Assembly (NCBI GenBank): GCA_963848295.1
Contig: CAWKDB010000010.1
Coordinates: forward strand, 1,472,001 to 1,536,000
Source of the DNA: an uncultured delta proteobacterium
Lineage (GTDB): Bacteria > Myxococcota_A > Polyangia > Haliangiales > Haliangiaceae
Direction: 5' to 3'
DNA length: 64,000 bases
In this document: positions 48,944 to 60,807 of the stretch, piece after piece
Position numbering within the stretch: the first letter of the stretch is position 1
Layout of the letters: every line of letters starts with the position of its first letter
The notes under the pieces: model-generated
Databases searched by the model: none
The model's input: only the letters and a program-made list of their open reading frames with translations
Told to the model about the DNA's origin: nothing
Position numbers and translations under genes: made by a program

Positions 48944-50806
48944 ATGGCCAAGAACCTAGGCGGCGCGATCATCGATCTGCTCGACTCGGAGCGGGTCGAG
49001 CTCCGCGTGGCGGCCGCCACCGTGCTCGCGGTCGTGGGTAAGGGCGACAAGAGCGTGACCGAGGCGCTGACGACTCGACTCGGCGACAGCGACGCCGGGG
49101 TCCGCACGATCGCGCTCGAAGGGCTCGCGGCGATGGATCTGGGCGGCGCCGGAGGGTTTGCCACCAAGCTGGTGCCGTTGCTCCGCGGCGATGACGAATC
49201 GCTCGCGAATCGCGCCGCGCAGGTGCTCGCGCAACAAGGCGCCGCCGCCGAGGGCGCGCTGCGCAAAGAGGTCGCGGCCGGGCCGATCCCCGCGCGCCGG
49301 ACGATGGCGCAGCTGCTGCTCCGCCGCGGCACGCAACCGGCGATCGATGCGGTGCTCGATCAACTCCCCGACGACGAGTTCGGCGAACAAGCGCTCCAGC
49401 TCGTGCGCGCCGAGATCGACGCCGGCAACGACAAGCTCGCCGGCCAGATCGAGAAGTCGGCGGTGAGCCGCGCCGGCGAGACCGCGAAAGAGCTGCACAA
49501 GACCTGGGCGAAGGCCGAGAAGGCCGCCGAGGCCGCCGCGAAAGAGGCGGCGAAGGTCGCGAAGGCGGCAAAGAAGCCGAAAAATGGCAAGGCGACGAAC
49601 CCCCACAACGGCACGAACGGCCACGCGGTCGTTGCCGCGGATCCTCTGCGCGATCCCGAGGTCGCGCGCGGCGTGTCCGAGCTCGGCGCGTTGCTCCGGC
49701 TGATCGGTTACCTCGCGCGGCCGTCGACCCAGTCGCTGCTCGTCAAGTACAGCGATCCCGACCAGCCGCGGCCGATTCGCCTCGCCGCGATCGCGGGGTT
49801 GCGCCGGATCGTGGCGCAGAGTGAAGCGCGCGGCACCGAGAAGGTGATCGAGACGCTGATCGAGTACGCCGACGGCGACGATCACGCGGTCGCGCAATCG
49901 GCGGTCGATACGCTGCGCGGCGCGCGCATCCCGGAGTCACTCGCGAAGAAGTTCGGCGCGCTCGCGAAGTCGAGCAACGTCGCGGCGCAGAAGCTCGCGA
50001 TGGAGCGGCTGCCCGCGGGCGGCGGCGCGTCGGCGGTCAAGGCGCTGGTCGAGGCGATCGCCGGCAGCGATCCGCAGGCGCGCGATGCGGCGGCGCGCGG
50101 CTTGGCCAAGGCGCCCGAGGCGGTGTTGCCGCTGACCCGGGCGTTGCTCGCGACGGAGAACGAAGAGACCGCGCGCCGCTATGCCGGCGTGTTGCGCTCG
50201 CATCGCGGTCACGTCTCGAACCAGGCGATCGACGAGCTGGTCGACCAGGTTCGCAAGTACATGGAGCTCGGCTTCAAGGGCAAGGCCTCGGCAGACGAGG
50301 TCGTGCTCGAGCGCGTGATCGCGGAGCTGGTCGCGGACCTCGCGCCGGGCAAGCACGTCGAGCTGCTGTTCGAACGCGCGAAGCGGCTGCGCAAGGCCGG
50401 CAAGCCGGTCGAGGCGTTCGGCTCGTTGAAGCCGCTGCTCCGCTCGCGCGCCGATCTCGACGCCGCGATCGACGACGATCAGCGGTTCTTCCTCGCGCTG
50501 CTCGCCCTCGAGACCGCGGGCGAGAGCATGATCCGGAGTGCCCACACCGACGATCCGGTGTTCGCGCAGTTCTCGAAGCTCGCCGCGAACGGCTATCCCG
50601 TCGCGAAGCAGCTCGCGCGCGAGAAAGACGTGTCGGACGACGCGCTGTACGCCCTTGGCTTCCGGCTGATCGAATCGCACGATGGATCGAACGAAGAGCT
50701 CGGCGCCGAGTTACTCTCCGGCATCGTCGAAGAGCGCCCGCGCAGCAAGCTCGCGAAGGCGGCGAAGAACAAGCTCAAGCTCACTGGCCATTTGGACGAG
50801 GACTAA
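48944..50806 (+). CDS. HEAT-repeat protein
   Basis: Repeated L-D..VR..A..L helical units. Confidence 0.75.
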   Translation: MAKNLGGAIIDLLDSERVELRVAAATVLAVVGKGDKSVTEALTTRLGDSDAGVRTIALEGLAAMDLGGAGGFATKLVPLLRGDDESLANRAAQVLAQQGAAAEGALRKEVAAGPIPARRTMAQLLLRRGTQPAIDAVLDQLPDDEFGEQALQLVRAEIDAGNDKLAGQIEKSAVSRAGETAKELHKTWAKAEKAAEAAAKEAAKVAKAAKKPKNGKATNPHNGTNGHAVVAADPLRDPEVARGVSELGALLRLIGYLARPSTQSLLVKYSDPDQPRPIRLAAIAGLRRIVAQSEARGTEKVIETLIEYADGDDHAVAQSAVDTLRGARIPESLAKKFGALAKSSNVAAQKLAMERLPAGGGASAVKALVEAIAGSDPQARDAAARGLAKAPEAVLPLTRALLATENEETARRYAGVLRSHRGHVSNQAIDELVDQVRKYMELGFKGKASADEVVLERVIAELVADLAPGKHVELLFERAKRLRKAGKPVEAFGSLKPLLRSRADLDAAIDDDQRFFLALLALETAGESMIRSAHTDDPVFAQFSKLAANGYPVAKQLAREKDVSDDALYALGFRLIESHDGSNEELGAELLSGIVEERPRSKLAKAAKNKLKLTGHLDED

Positions 50807-50809
50807 GCT

Positions 50810-51397
50810 TTGAACGTCGACGATTACATCGATTCGCTCCCCGAAGACCGTCGCATCGCGATCCGCTGCGTGCGCGAGCTCGTCAACTCGCGCCTGCCGC
50901 CGGGTTACGAGGAGGGGATGATGTACGGCCAGATCGCGTGGTTCGTGCCGTTCACCCGCCTCGCCGAAACCTACAACGATCAACCGCTCGCGCTCGCCGC
51001 GCTCGGCTCGCAGCGCAACCACATGGCGATCTACTTGATGAGCGTCTATGGCGACGAGGAGCTGCGCAAGTGGTTCGAGGCCGCCTACAAGAAGACCGGC
51101 AAGAAGCTCGACATGGGCAAGTCGTGCGTTCGCTTCAAGTCGCTCGACGGGCTTGCGCTCGATGTCGTCGGCGATGCGATCTCGAAGGTGCCGGTCGATG
51201 CGTACGTCGCGTCGTACGAGAAGAACCAAGCGCAGGCGGCGAAGGCCAAGCCCGCCGCGAAGCCGGCCAAGCCGGCCAAGCCCGCAAAGCCGGCGAAGAA
51301 GTCTGCGAAACCGGCGAAGAAAGCCGCAAAGCCGGCGAACAAGTCCGCGAAATCGACGAAGAAAGCCGCGAAGCGCAAACCCGCGAGACGCCGCTAA
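50810..51397 (+). CDS. DUF1801-family protein with Lys/Ala-rich tail
   Basis: VDDYIDSLPEDR, LPPGYEEGM, DMGKSCVRFK, PAKK tail. Confidence 0.8.
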   Translation: MNVDDYIDSLPEDRRIAIRCVRELVNSRLPPGYEEGMMYGQIAWFVPFTRLAETYNDQPLALAALGSQRNHMAIYLMSVYGDEELRKWFEAAYKKTGKKLDMGKSCVRFKSLDGLALDVVGDAISKVPVDAYVASYEKNQAQAAKAKPAAKPAKPAKPAKPAKKSAKPAKKAAKPANKSAKSTKKAAKRKPARRR

Positions 51398-51430
51398 CCG
51401 ATCGCGTCGCGGATCGCGTATACGGGGCGG

Positions 51431-51982
51431 ATGAAAAGCTCCGCCACGCTCTCTGCCGTGATCCTCACCGTCGCGCTCGCGTTCACCGGCTGCAAGAAGA
51501 AGGACGACGCTGCCGCGGCGGACAAGGCTGCGCCGGCCGAGAAGCCGGCGGACAACGCCAAGCCGGCCGATAACGCGAAGCCGGCGGACAACGCGAAGCC
51601 GGCGGACAACGCGAAGCCCGCCGATACCGCGGCGACCGCCGACACCGCGAAGCCGGCCGACACCGCGACGCCCGCCGGCACCGCGATCAACGGCTACGAC
51701 GACTACAAAGCCAAGAGCCTCGCGCTCGCCGCGAAGATGGTCGCCGTGTTCAAGAAGGACGCGAACGATTGCGACGCGATCGCGAACGACGTGACCGCGA
51801 TCGTCAGCGACCCTGACTTCGTGAGCGTCAATGCCTACGAGAAGGGCCACGAAGCCGACAAGAAGAAGTTCGATACCGAGGCCGCCGCGATCGAGAAAGA
51901 CTTCGTCGCCGCGGCGACGCCGGTGATCACGAAGTGCAAGGACAACAAGAAGGTCCAGGACGTGTTCTCGAAGATGCAGTAG
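51431..51982 (+). CDS. Lipoprotein with PADNAK repeats
   Basis: FTGC lipobox, four PADNAK repeats. Confidence 0.8.
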   Translation: MKSSATLSAVILTVALAFTGCKKKDDAAAADKAAPAEKPADNAKPADNAKPADNAKPADNAKPADTAATADTAKPADTATPAGTAINGYDDYKAKSLALAAKMVAVFKKDANDCDAIANDVTAIVSDPDFVSVNAYEKGHEADKKKFDTEAAAIEKDFVAAATPVITKCKDNKKVQDVFSKMQ

Positions 51983-51994
51983 CGCGCCGCGCGG

Positions 51995-52708
<714 letters not shown>

Positions 52709-52709
52709 A

Positions 52710-54224
52710 TCAGATCGGCAGCCAGATCGAGAAGGTCGCGCCCTGGCCAGGCTCGCTCGTGACCTCGACGTCGCCGTGGTGGGCGCGCGCGATATGACGG
52801 ACCAGCGCCAAACCGATGCCGGAGCCGCGGATCGGCTGCAGCCGCACCGCTCGCGCGCGATAGAACCGGTCGAAGATCTGCTCTTGCTCCTCGACCGCGA
52901 TGCCCGGGCCGAAATCGTGGACCGCGAGCACGAGCCGATCACCGTCGCGCGCGAGCGACAGCTCGATGCGCTTGCCCTCGGTCGCGTACTTGATCGCGTT
53001 ATCGATCAGGTTGAGCACTGCGAGCGTGAACGCATTCGCGTCGAGCTGGGCCGGCGGCAGATCGGGCGCGATCTTCGCCTCGAGCGTCATCTCGGCCGCG
53101 GCGAGCCGGCGTTGCGACAGATCGACCGCGCGCGCGACGACCTCGCCGACATCGGTCTCGGCGAACTCGTAGACGCCCATCCCGCGCTCGATCTTCGCGA
53201 AGTCGAGTACGTTATCGATCAGCCGGCCGAGCCGCACGCTCTCGCGCCAGATGATCTCGGCATATTCGGTCGCTTGGTCGGTGTTCTTCGTGCGGCCGTT
53301 CGCGAGCATCTCGCCGAACATCGAGATGATCGACAGCGGCGTCTTGAGCTCGTGCGACACGTTCGAGATGAACTCGCTCTTCAGCTCGTTCGACTTGCGC
53401 TCGCGGCGAATCGCGTATGCCAAGAAGGCCAGGCCGGCGAGGATCACGGTGACCGCGCCGCCGATCAGCACCGAGTTGATCGCATGACGCCGGCGTTGCT
53501 CCGCCTGCGCGTCGAGATCGCGCTCGGCGACGCGCAACAGCCAACCGTCGGCGGTCTCGGTGAACGGCACCGCGACCTCGAGGTTTTCCGGATCCGACGT
53601 GAACGGCTTGCCGTAGACCAAGCCGCCGCGCTCGTCGACCACCTCGTAGATCCACTTGTTCGAGTAGTTGAAGAACTGAGGGAACAACACGAACTCCCAG
53701 TGATTGATGTCGGCTTCGAGCACGATGTAGAAGGTCCGGTCGCCGGAGACTCGTCGCGTGTAGGCCAGCACGTACCAGTTGTCGCCGCGCCTCCCGTAGA
53801 CGTGGCCGCGCTCGCCCGCCTTCTGGGTCGCGAGCGGCAGCTTCGGGATCACGTTCGCGAGGAACCAGTCGCGGATCGCGAGCGCTTCTTTTTCATCGCG
53901 GCTGGACCACGAGCCGCCTGGCACGAGATGGAGCTGATCATCGAGCACGAGCAAGCTCGCGATCGCCGCACCCGAGTTGCGCACGAGGTCGCGAACGTAG
54001 CTGCCATCGCCGACCTTCTCGATCTCGAGGCTGTCGAACACCGTGCGGTCGTCGCGGACGATCAGCGATTCGAAGTTGAAGACCTTCTCCTCGGCGATGT
54101 CGTGCATGAGCTCGAGCTCGTGCTCGCGGTACTCGCTGGTATACGAATAGCCGTAATATGCGAGCGCCACCGCCGCGGCCAACACCGCGAAGATCAAGGC
54201 GTTCACGAGCAGGACGCGCCGCAC
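52710..54224 (-). CDS. Membrane sensor histidine kinase
   Basis: Two TMs, [29 protein letters not shown]. Confidence 0.93.
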   Translation of the reverse strand: MRRVLLVNALIFAVLAAAVALAYYGYSYTSEYREHELELMHDIAEEKVFNFESLIVRDDRTVFDSLEIEKVGDGSYVRDLVRNSGAAIASLLVLDDQLHLVPGGSWSSRDEKEALAIRDWFLANVIPKLPLATQKAGERGHVYGRRGDNWYVLAYTRRVSGDRTFYIVLEADINHWEFVLFPQFFNYSNKWIYEVVDERGGLVYGKPFTSDPENLEVAVPFTETADGWLLRVAERDLDAQAEQRRRHAINSVLIGGAVTVILAGLAFLAYAIRRERKSNELKSEFISNVSHELKTPLSIISMFGEMLANGRTKNTDQATEYAEIIWRESVRLGRLIDNVLDFAKIERGMGVYEFAETDVGEVVARAVDLSQRRLAAAEMTLEAKIAPDLPPAQLDANAFTLAVLNLIDNAIKYATEGKRIELSLARDGDRLVLAVHDFGPGIAVEEQEQIFDRFYRARAVRLQPIRGSGIGLALVRHIARAHHGDVEVTSEPGQGATFSIWLPI

Positions 54225-54390
54225 GGAGCGCAGATCCTGCCACTTCCCAGTTCACTTGTAAGTACGGAACGTTGCTCGGCGGTTTGGAATATGTTAGACG
54301 GCTAACTAAAGGGCGCGGAAATCCGGATTCTAGCGGATTGGTCGGATTTACAACTAGTTAGGCGCCGGGACACTCGTCAAAGAGGCAGGG

Positions 54391-55269
54391 ATGGACTCCA
54401 TCTTCGAACAAGAAGCCGATGAGGTTGGGGGAGAGATCGAAGCCTATTGCCCGTCCCCACGGTGCAAGGCCGACACGACCCACACCATCATAAGCATGTA
54501 CGAGGACGAGGTTCGCCGGGTCCAGTGCGTGGTGTGCGGCGAGGTCCACGCCTACCGGAAGCCGCGCGGCGACGGCACGGAGGACGGTGCCGATGGTGCC
54601 GGCAAGCGCGCCGCGGCCACCAAGGTCACGTGGGAAGCCGCCATGGGCCGCGCGACCGACACCGACCTCGCAAACTGCCGCCCGTACTCGATCCGCGACA
54701 CGTACGAAGACGGCGACGTCGTCCACCACCCGGTGTTCGACATCGGCTTCGTCATCGATCAGCTCCCCGATAACAAGGTCGAGGTGATCTTCCGCGACGG
54801 CGGGTCGCGCATCCTCGTCCACAACCGCGGCGATCTGGCCGCGCGCATGCCGGACATCAGCGAGATCCCGATCCCGCGCGAAGCGAAAAAGAAGAAACGC
54901 GCGAAGAAGCCCGAGAACGCGACCCCGGTGCCGGCGCGAAACAAGGCCGAGGTCGAGGCTGCGGTCGTGCGCGCCCGCGCTGCCGCCCAGGCGCGGATGG
55001 ACGAAGCGCAGCGATCGGCCGACGAGCGCAGCAAGAAGCTCAAGGCCGACAACAAGAAGCCCAAGGGCAAGCCGGCGGCGGCGAAGCCGGCCAAGGCTGC
55101 GAAGGCGGTCAAGCCCGCGAAGAAGGCCAAGCTCGCGAAGCCGGCCAAGCCCGCGAAAGCGAAGAAGCCCGCCAAGAAGGCTGCGAAGCCGGCGAAGAAG
55201 AAGCCGGCGGCCAAGAAGCCCGCGAAGAAGCCGGCCAAGAAGCCCGCGAAGCCGGCCAAGAAGAAGTAG
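54391..55269 (+). CDS. Zn-ribbon + Tudor-like domain protein with histone-H1-like tail
   Basis: [21 protein letters not shown], ~70 aa PAKK tail. Confidence 0.7.
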   Translation: MDSIFEQEADEVGGEIEAYCPSPRCKADTTHTIISMYEDEVRRVQCVVCGEVHAYRKPRGDGTEDGADGAGKRAAATKVTWEAAMGRATDTDLANCRPYSIRDTYEDGDVVHHPVFDIGFVIDQLPDNKVEVIFRDGGSRILVHNRGDLAARMPDISEIPIPREAKKKKRAKKPENATPVPARNKAEVEAAVVRARAAAQARMDEAQRSADERSKKLKADNKKPKGKPAAAKPAKAAKAVKPAKKAKLAKPAKPAKAKKPAKKAAKPAKKKPAAKKPAKKPAKKPAKPAKKK

Positions 55270-55311
55270 TAGGCCTGCTCGAATCGATCGATCGGAGCTC
55301 GCTACTTGTCG

Positions 55312-56352
55312 CTACTTGTCGCTAGGCGGCCGGATCTCGGGCTGCCGGAACGGCAGCAGCACGGTGAACTCGGTGAACTCCTCGAGCTGGGAGTCGACCG
55401 TGATGAGGCCGCCGTGGAGCTCGATCAGGCCGCGTGCGATGTAGAGGCCAAGGCCGGCGGAGTCAGGCCCGGCCGACGTGTGGTGCTTGGCCGGCTGCGC
55501 GTGCAGGAACGGATCGAAGATACGCTGGCGGTCTTCCTCGGCGATGCCGACGCCGTTGTCGCGAACCCGCAGGCGTGCCCAGCCACCGGGGAAGCGGTCG
55601 CGCGGTGCTTCGTCGACGCTGATCGCGATCTCGCCGCTCTCGGGAGTGTAGCGGATCGCGTTCGACACGAGGTTGACCGCGATCTGATGGATCTTGTCGC
55701 GGTCGGCATCGATCGAATCGATCGCGCCGATGTCGGTCGACAGGGTCTGGCTCTTCGCCCGGGCCAGGGGCAGCAGCTCGGTGACGACATCGGCCACGAC
55801 CTCGCCGAGCGCGACGAGCTCGCGCCGCATCACCATCCGGCCCGCTTCGATCCGGCTGACGTCGAGCATGTCATCGACCAGCCGCTTCAAGCGATGAGCG
55901 TTGCGCTGGACCGAGCTGATCGGGCGGGTCAATAACGGCGGGAGCTCGCCGAACCGGCCCTCGCTGAACAGATCGAGATAGCCGACGATGCTGGTCAGCG
56001 GCGTTCGGAGCTCGTGGGCCGCGATCGAGATGAACTCGGCGCGCAGCCGGCCTTGGCGCTCGAGCTCGGCGTTCTTCGCGCGGAGCTGGGCTTCGGATTC
56101 GGCGAGCGCGCGGGTGCGCTGGCGAACGATCTGATCGAGGTTCGAGCGCAGGGCCCGAAACTCGGCGCGCGCGGCCTCGACCTCGTGGGTCCGCTCCTCG
56201 AGCACGTGGCCGAGGCGGACCGCGGCATCGAACAGCTCGGCTTGGGTTGGAGGGGTCGTGCCCGCGCGCTCGAGCCGCGCGATCAGCACGTCGATCGTCC
56301 GGCGCGCCGCGGCGAGCTCGTCGTCGAGCTCGGCGATCCGATCGTCGCTCAT
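55312..56352 (-). CDS. Cytoplasmic histidine kinase
   Basis: Coiled coil, [28 protein letters not shown]. Confidence 0.9.
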   Translation of the reverse strand: MSDDRIAELDDELAAARRTIDVLIARLERAGTTPPTQAELFDAAVRLGHVLEERTHEVEAARAEFRALRSNLDQIVRQRTRALAESEAQLRAKNAELERQGRLRAEFISIAAHELRTPLTSIVGYLDLFSEGRFGELPPLLTRPISSVQRNAHRLKRLVDDMLDVSRIEAGRMVMRRELVALGEVVADVVTELLPLARAKSQTLSTDIGAIDSIDADRDKIHQIAVNLVSNAIRYTPESGEIAISVDEAPRDRFPGGWARLRVRDNGVGIAEEDRQRIFDPFLHAQPAKHHTSAGPDSAGLGLYIARGLIELHGGLITVDSQLEEFTEFTVLLPFRQPEIRPPSDK

Positions 56353-57479
56353 CGCCGCGCTCCGATCGCGAGCGCGGTGAGCGTGTGGTTGACCAGCAGC
56401 ATGCCGGACTGTTCGCCGAGCGAGTGAAACCCGATCGTGGGGTGCTCGCCGTAGGCCTGGGCGAGGTCGGCTTCGAGCCCGCGCGCGCGGGCATCCCAAT
56501 GCCGCGCCATACACGAGAAGGCGAGCAGCCCGCCGATCTGGCCGCCGACGCGCCGGGCCGCCTCGGCGAGGTGTGTCCGAGTCACGCCGACGAGATCGCC
56601 CGGCTTCATCAGCCGCAAGACGTGACCCGGCTCGACCGGTGCGGCCAGCCGGATCTGGGGGCCATCGAGCGCGAGCAGCGTGCGCACGTAAGGCACGCCG
56701 TCGATGAAGCGCGCGAGCGAGTACTCGACCGGGCGCGCGTCGTCGAGCGTCCCGCCGAGCCCCGCGACGAGATCGTGCAGCCGTGGGCCGGCCGGGCGGC
56801 CATCGAGCTCGTCGATCACGCGACCGGACGCCGCCGTGACCACCGTGCGCACGTCGGTCGCGACCATGTCGCATGAGGTGACGACGTCGAACGGCAAGCT
56901 GCAATCGAGCAGCACGATGATGCCGGCGTCGGCCAACACCTCGCCGTTGACCCACAAGCACGCGCGTGCGTTGCCGACGGCGCCCGCGGCGCCGCCGACC
57001 ATGTGAATCTGCGGCGCGATCGCAGCGGAGCCGATGCAGAACTCGTCGTCGTGCCCGGTCGATGGATCGACGAGCGTGAACGCGACGTGGCGGTCCGGCA
57101 CGAGCTCGACCGGGGTCGCGCCCAACGCCCGCGCCGCCCGCACGACGGCGTCGCGGCTGCGAACGAGCGGCGACTTCGAGAGCTCGGGCGCCACGCCGAT
57201 GCCGACCCGCACGGCCTCGCTCGACAACCCGATCGCGACCGCTGCGAGCTCGTCGCCCGCGATCGCCTGATCCCCGACCAGGCCCGCGGCCGAGCAACCG
57301 ACGGTCGCCGCAGGTGCCAGCCCGGCCGCGAGCCGGCGCGCGAGCACGCCGAGATCGAGGGTGTCGGCGGCGAACACCACGGCGAGGGCGAGATCGGGCG
57401 CGGCGAGGCGTTCGATCAGCTCGTCCGCGACGTGCGTGGCGTCGTTACCGCGTACCGACACCGGTCGTGCGATGGACAC
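56349..57479 (-). CDS. FIST (NosP-like) domain protein
   Basis: VGCSAAG, VGGAAG, ELDGRPA, FSCMAR, GFHSLGE, NHT. Confidence 0.88.
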   Translation of the reverse strand: MSIARPVSVRGNDATHVADELIERLAAPDLALAVVFAADTLDLGVLARRLAAGLAPAATVGCSAAGLVGDQAIAGDELAAVAIGLSSEAVRVGIGVAPELSKSPLVRSRDAVVRAARALGATPVELVPDRHVAFTLVDPSTGHDDEFCIGSAAIAPQIHMVGGAAGAVGNARACLWVNGEVLADAGIIVLLDCSLPFDVVTSCDMVATDVRTVVTAASGRVIDELDGRPAGPRLHDLVAGLGGTLDDARPVEYSLARFIDGVPYVRTLLALDGPQIRLAAPVEPGHVLRLMKPGDLVGVTRTHLAEAARRVGGQIGGLLAFSCMARHWDARARGLEADLAQAYGEHPTIGFHSLGEQSGMLLVNHTLTALAIGARR

Positions 57480-57550
57480 GCGGCCACTATAGCTCCGATC
57501 GCGAGGCCGAAAAGTTGCCCGCAAACCGTCGATGCCGCTTCGATAAGGGG

Positions 57551-58507
57551 ATGGAGAAGACGTGCAGCGCATGCGGGCAAGCGTTTCGACCCGCCTTCGT
57601 GTTTCAGATCGCGGTGACCCCGGGCGGAGAGAAGAATCACTTCTGCTCGCTCGAGTGTCGTCAATCCGCGCTGGGCACCGAGGCGTTCCGCGCGAAGCGG
57701 GCGAGGCGGATCGCGATCCTCAACCAGAAGGGCGGCACCGGCAAGACGACGACCGCCGTCAACCTCGCGGCCGGTCTCGCCGAACGCGAACAAGATGTCT
57801 TGCTCGTCGACACCGACGCGCAGGGCAACGTCGGTGTCTCGCTCGGCGTCGCGGGAGAGCGCTCGCTCTACCACGTGCTCGTCGACGGCGCCGAACCGTC
57901 CGACATCAGCGTGCCGGTGCGCCAGCACCTCGACGTCATCACGTCGGACGCCACGCTCGCGGCCGCCGAGATCTGGCTCGCCCATCAGGCGGCGGACGCG
58001 CGGTCGCGAATCCTCACGAAGCGGCTGAACATGATGGCGGTCTCGCGCCGGTACGACTACGTGATCATCGACTGCGGCCCATCGCTCAATCTGCTCAACC
58101 AGAACGCGCTGTCGTACGCCGATGAGGTCATCGTCCCGGTGACCTGCGACTACCTCGCGCTCGTCGGCGTCAAGCAGGTGCTACGCACGGTCCGTGATGT
58201 CGAGCGCCACCTGGGCCACTCGGTGCGGATCGCCGCGGTGCTGCCGACGTTCTACGATGGACGGACCCGGCTCGCCCGCGAAGTCCTCGAGACCCTGCAG
58301 AACCACTTCAAGACGAAGTGTCTCGAGCCGATTCGCCACAACACGCGACTCGCGGAGGCCCCGAGTCACAAGAAGACGATCTTCGAGTACGCGCCGATCT
58401 CGCACGGCGCCGCTGACTACAACCGCGTCGTCGATTGGGTGCTCGCGACGACGGCCTCGGCTTCGACCACCCTCCACCCGGAGCCCGGCGCTCCGATTGC
58501 CGCTTGA
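57551..58507 (+). CDS. ParA/Soj ATPase with N-terminal TRASH-like metal finger
   Basis: [39 protein letters not shown]. Confidence 0.88.
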   Translation: MEKTCSACGQAFRPAFVFQIAVTPGGEKNHFCSLECRQSALGTEAFRAKRARRIAILNQKGGTGKTTTAVNLAAGLAEREQDVLLVDTDAQGNVGVSLGVAGERSLYHVLVDGAEPSDISVPVRQHLDVITSDATLAAAEIWLAHQAADARSRILTKRLNMMAVSRRYDYVIIDCGPSLNLLNQNALSYADEVIVPVTCDYLALVGVKQVLRTVRDVERHLGHSVRIAAVLPTFYDGRTRLAREVLETLQNHFKTKCLEPIRHNTRLAEAPSHKKTIFEYAPISHGAADYNRVVDWVLATTASASTTLHPEPGAPIAA

Positions 58508-58515
58508 GGTCGTAA

Positions 58516-58815
58516 ATGAAAGAAGAAAAACTCATGGCCCACGACCCGCTCAGCGACGCCGACGCGATCCTCAGCGAGGAATACTACGGTCGCCGCCCGG
58601 CGAACGGCCCGGTCGCCGCGAAGCGCCCGAAGCAACCGCGGCCGACCCACTACAAGGTCATCTGCATCTCGATCTACACGCGCGATCTCGAAGAGCTCGA
58701 TGCGAAGGTGGCCGAGCTCAAGCGCCGCGGCTGGACGAAAGCGAACAAGTCGCAGCTGATCCGACTCGCGCTGTCGCAGGTCGACCTCGACAAGCTCGCG
58801 ACGCCGCGCCAGTAG
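58516..58815 (+). CDS. Small ribbon-helix-helix protein (ParG/CopG-like)
   Basis: [23 protein letters not shown]. Confidence 0.65.
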   Translation: MKEEKLMAHDPLSDADAILSEEYYGRRPANGPVAAKRPKQPRPTHYKVICISIYTRDLEELDAKVAELKRRGWTKANKSQLIRLALSQVDLDKLATPRQ

Positions 58816-58819
58816 CGGG

Positions 58820-60649
58820 TCAGAGCTTGCGCACGATGCCGAACATCAGCGTGTTGAACATGTCGCTGCGCGTCGTATCGGTGCCGGTGTGGACGCGCGC
58901 GCTGGTCATCACGGGCGCGCCAAAGTCGTAGCTCGTCAGGACGAGGTCATAGCTCAGGCGGAAGTCGTACTCCGGCCGCCAGTGGTAGTTGAACACGGCG
59001 CCGATCAAGTACGCGGTCGCGCTCGGAGACCCGCCATCTTCGAGGTTCTTCGTCTGGGACACGCCGAAATCGATCAGCTCGGCGTCGAGGTTGACCGCCG
59101 CGCCGATCTTGTCGGTCAGCCGTGGAATCGCGAGCGCCATGCCGATCGTCATGCCGGCGTAGGTCTCCGACGGCATCAACGCGGTGTTCTTGGTCATGTC
59201 GTTGAAGTCGTGGATCTGGATCGCCTCGTAGCGCATGCCGAGGCGACCGTAGAGCACCATGCCGTTCGGCTTGTGGAAGTCGTAGCCCGCCATGCCGCGA
59301 AGCTTGAAGTCGGTGAGCGCGAAGCCCGACGTCGTCATGGCCGCGGTCATCGGCAGCTGGACGCCAACCGACGAGGTCGTGCTCCCGTACATGTATTCGA
59401 GGTCGGCCCCGAGCACGTACTTCTTCTTGTACGGATACAAGATCGTGCCGCCGAGCGTGATGCCCACACTCGACGTGCTGTCCTTGTAGTTGTCGAGCGT
59501 ACCGGTGCCGCCAGCCGACGCCAGGCTCTGGCTGATGAACGTCAGGCCGAGCCGCGCGGTCAGGTCGATCACTCGCGCCGTCATGCCGGATGCTCCGCCG
59601 CCGACATCGAGCTTCGACGATTCAATCCACCCGGCGTCGCCCTCTTCGCTCGACACGAAGGTCCACTTGCCTTTGACCTCGTCGGGATAGAGCACGTCCG
59701 CGGGTTTCGCGACAAACGCCTCGTCGCTGTCGGCGTTCGGGTCGTTGTAGACCGAGGACTTCTCGCTGACGTGCGCGATCTTGCGATCGTCGTCGCTCTG
59801 GTCGTTGCCTTTGTCGTCGTCGCCCTTGTCGCCCTTGTCGCCCTGGTCGCCTTTGTCGCCCTGGTCGCTCTTGCTGTCCGTGGCGTCGCTGCTGTCGTCA
59901 TCGTCGTCGTCGTCCGACTCCTTGACGTCGTCCTTGCCCTTGGGTGCGGGCTTCGCCGCCGCTTTGGCCGCGGGCTTCTTGCCTTTGTCGAGCTTGGTAT
60001 CGTCGTCGTCGTCGTCATCGTCGGCCTTGGCCTTGGTGCTCTTCGCCGCGGGCTTCGCCGCCGGCTTCTTGCCCTTATCGACTTTGTCGACCTTGACGTC
60101 ATCTTCGTCATCGTCGTCATCGTCGACGGGTTTGGCTTTCGGCCTCTTGCCCTTGTCGGGCTTGCTGGCTTTGTCGCCCTTGTCGGCTTTGTCGCCCTTG
60201 TCGGCTTTGTCGCCCTTGTCGGCTTTGTCGCCCTTGTCGGCTTTGTCGCCCTTGTCGGTGTCATCGTCGTCCGGCTTCTGAACATTGTCGCCGACCGCAT
60301 CGGCGCCGACGCGATCGTCCGGGCCCTGCTCGCCGTCGAACCCGCGCTTCGTGCCGCGCCCATCGACGAACGGTCGGCGGCGGGTGTTGCGCGCGATCGT
60401 CGCGCCCTCCGGCATATCGACCTTGGTCCGGGTGACGTAGCCGGTCCGTCCCTGGACCCGAACCTTGATCCAGCGGCCGTTCTCCGACAACAGCGTCATC
60501 GCCTGGCCCTCTTTGAGCTTGAGAATGACCTTCTCTTGCTCGCCTGGCCTCGCGAACAACTTCGCTTCCTGGTTCGTGCGTACCTTGTCGGCAAACGCAT
60601 GACCGGAGACCCCGAGGACGACGCACAAAACGACGGCGCTCACCCGCAT
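58820..60649 (-). CDS. Secreted SH3b x2 + D/K-rich linker + probable beta-barrel protein
   Basis: Signal peptide, WIKVRVQGRTGYV, WTFV..GWI, amphipathic strands at C-terminus. Confidence 0.75.
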   Translation of the reverse strand: MRVSAVVLCVVLGVSGHAFADKVRTNQEAKLFARPGEQEKVILKLKEGQAMTLLSENGRWIKVRVQGRTGYVTRTKVDMPEGATIARNTRRRPFVDGRGTKRGFDGEQGPDDRVGADAVGDNVQKPDDDDTDKGDKADKGDKADKGDKADKGDKADKGDKASKPDKGKRPKAKPVDDDDDDEDDVKVDKVDKGKKPAAKPAAKSTKAKADDDDDDDDTKLDKGKKPAAKAAAKPAPKGKDDVKESDDDDDDDSSDATDSKSDQGDKGDQGDKGDKGDDDKGNDQSDDDRKIAHVSEKSSVYNDPNADSDEAFVAKPADVLYPDEVKGKWTFVSSEEGDAGWIESSKLDVGGGASGMTARVIDLTARLGLTFISQSLASAGGTGTLDNYKDSTSSVGITLGGTILYPYKKKYVLGADLEYMYGSTTSSVGVQLPMTAAMTTSGFALTDFKLRGMAGYDFHKPNGMVLYGRLGMRYEAIQIHDFNDMTKNTALMPSETYAGMTIGMALAIPRLTDKIGAAVNLDAELIDFGVSQTKNLEDGGSPSATAYLIGAVFNYHWRPEYDFRLSYDLVLTSYDFGAPVMTSARVHTGTDTTRSDMFNTLMFGIVRKL

Positions 60650-60807
60650 CGGTCTCGTATTGTAACCGACCGGAGGCCGCCAGGCCGGGATTTCGAGACG
60701 ATCCGTCGGGCAATCCTCTGAAATCAGCCGCAAATGTCGCTGCCAGCCAAGGGAGGATCGAGCGCCGATGTCCGTAGAAAGAACGCGTTAAAGTAAAGGC
60801 GCACGCC

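Noticed and set aside
55301..55324. 10-bp tandem repeat GCTACTTGTC at the kinase stop
   Set aside because: Short local duplication with no associated element.
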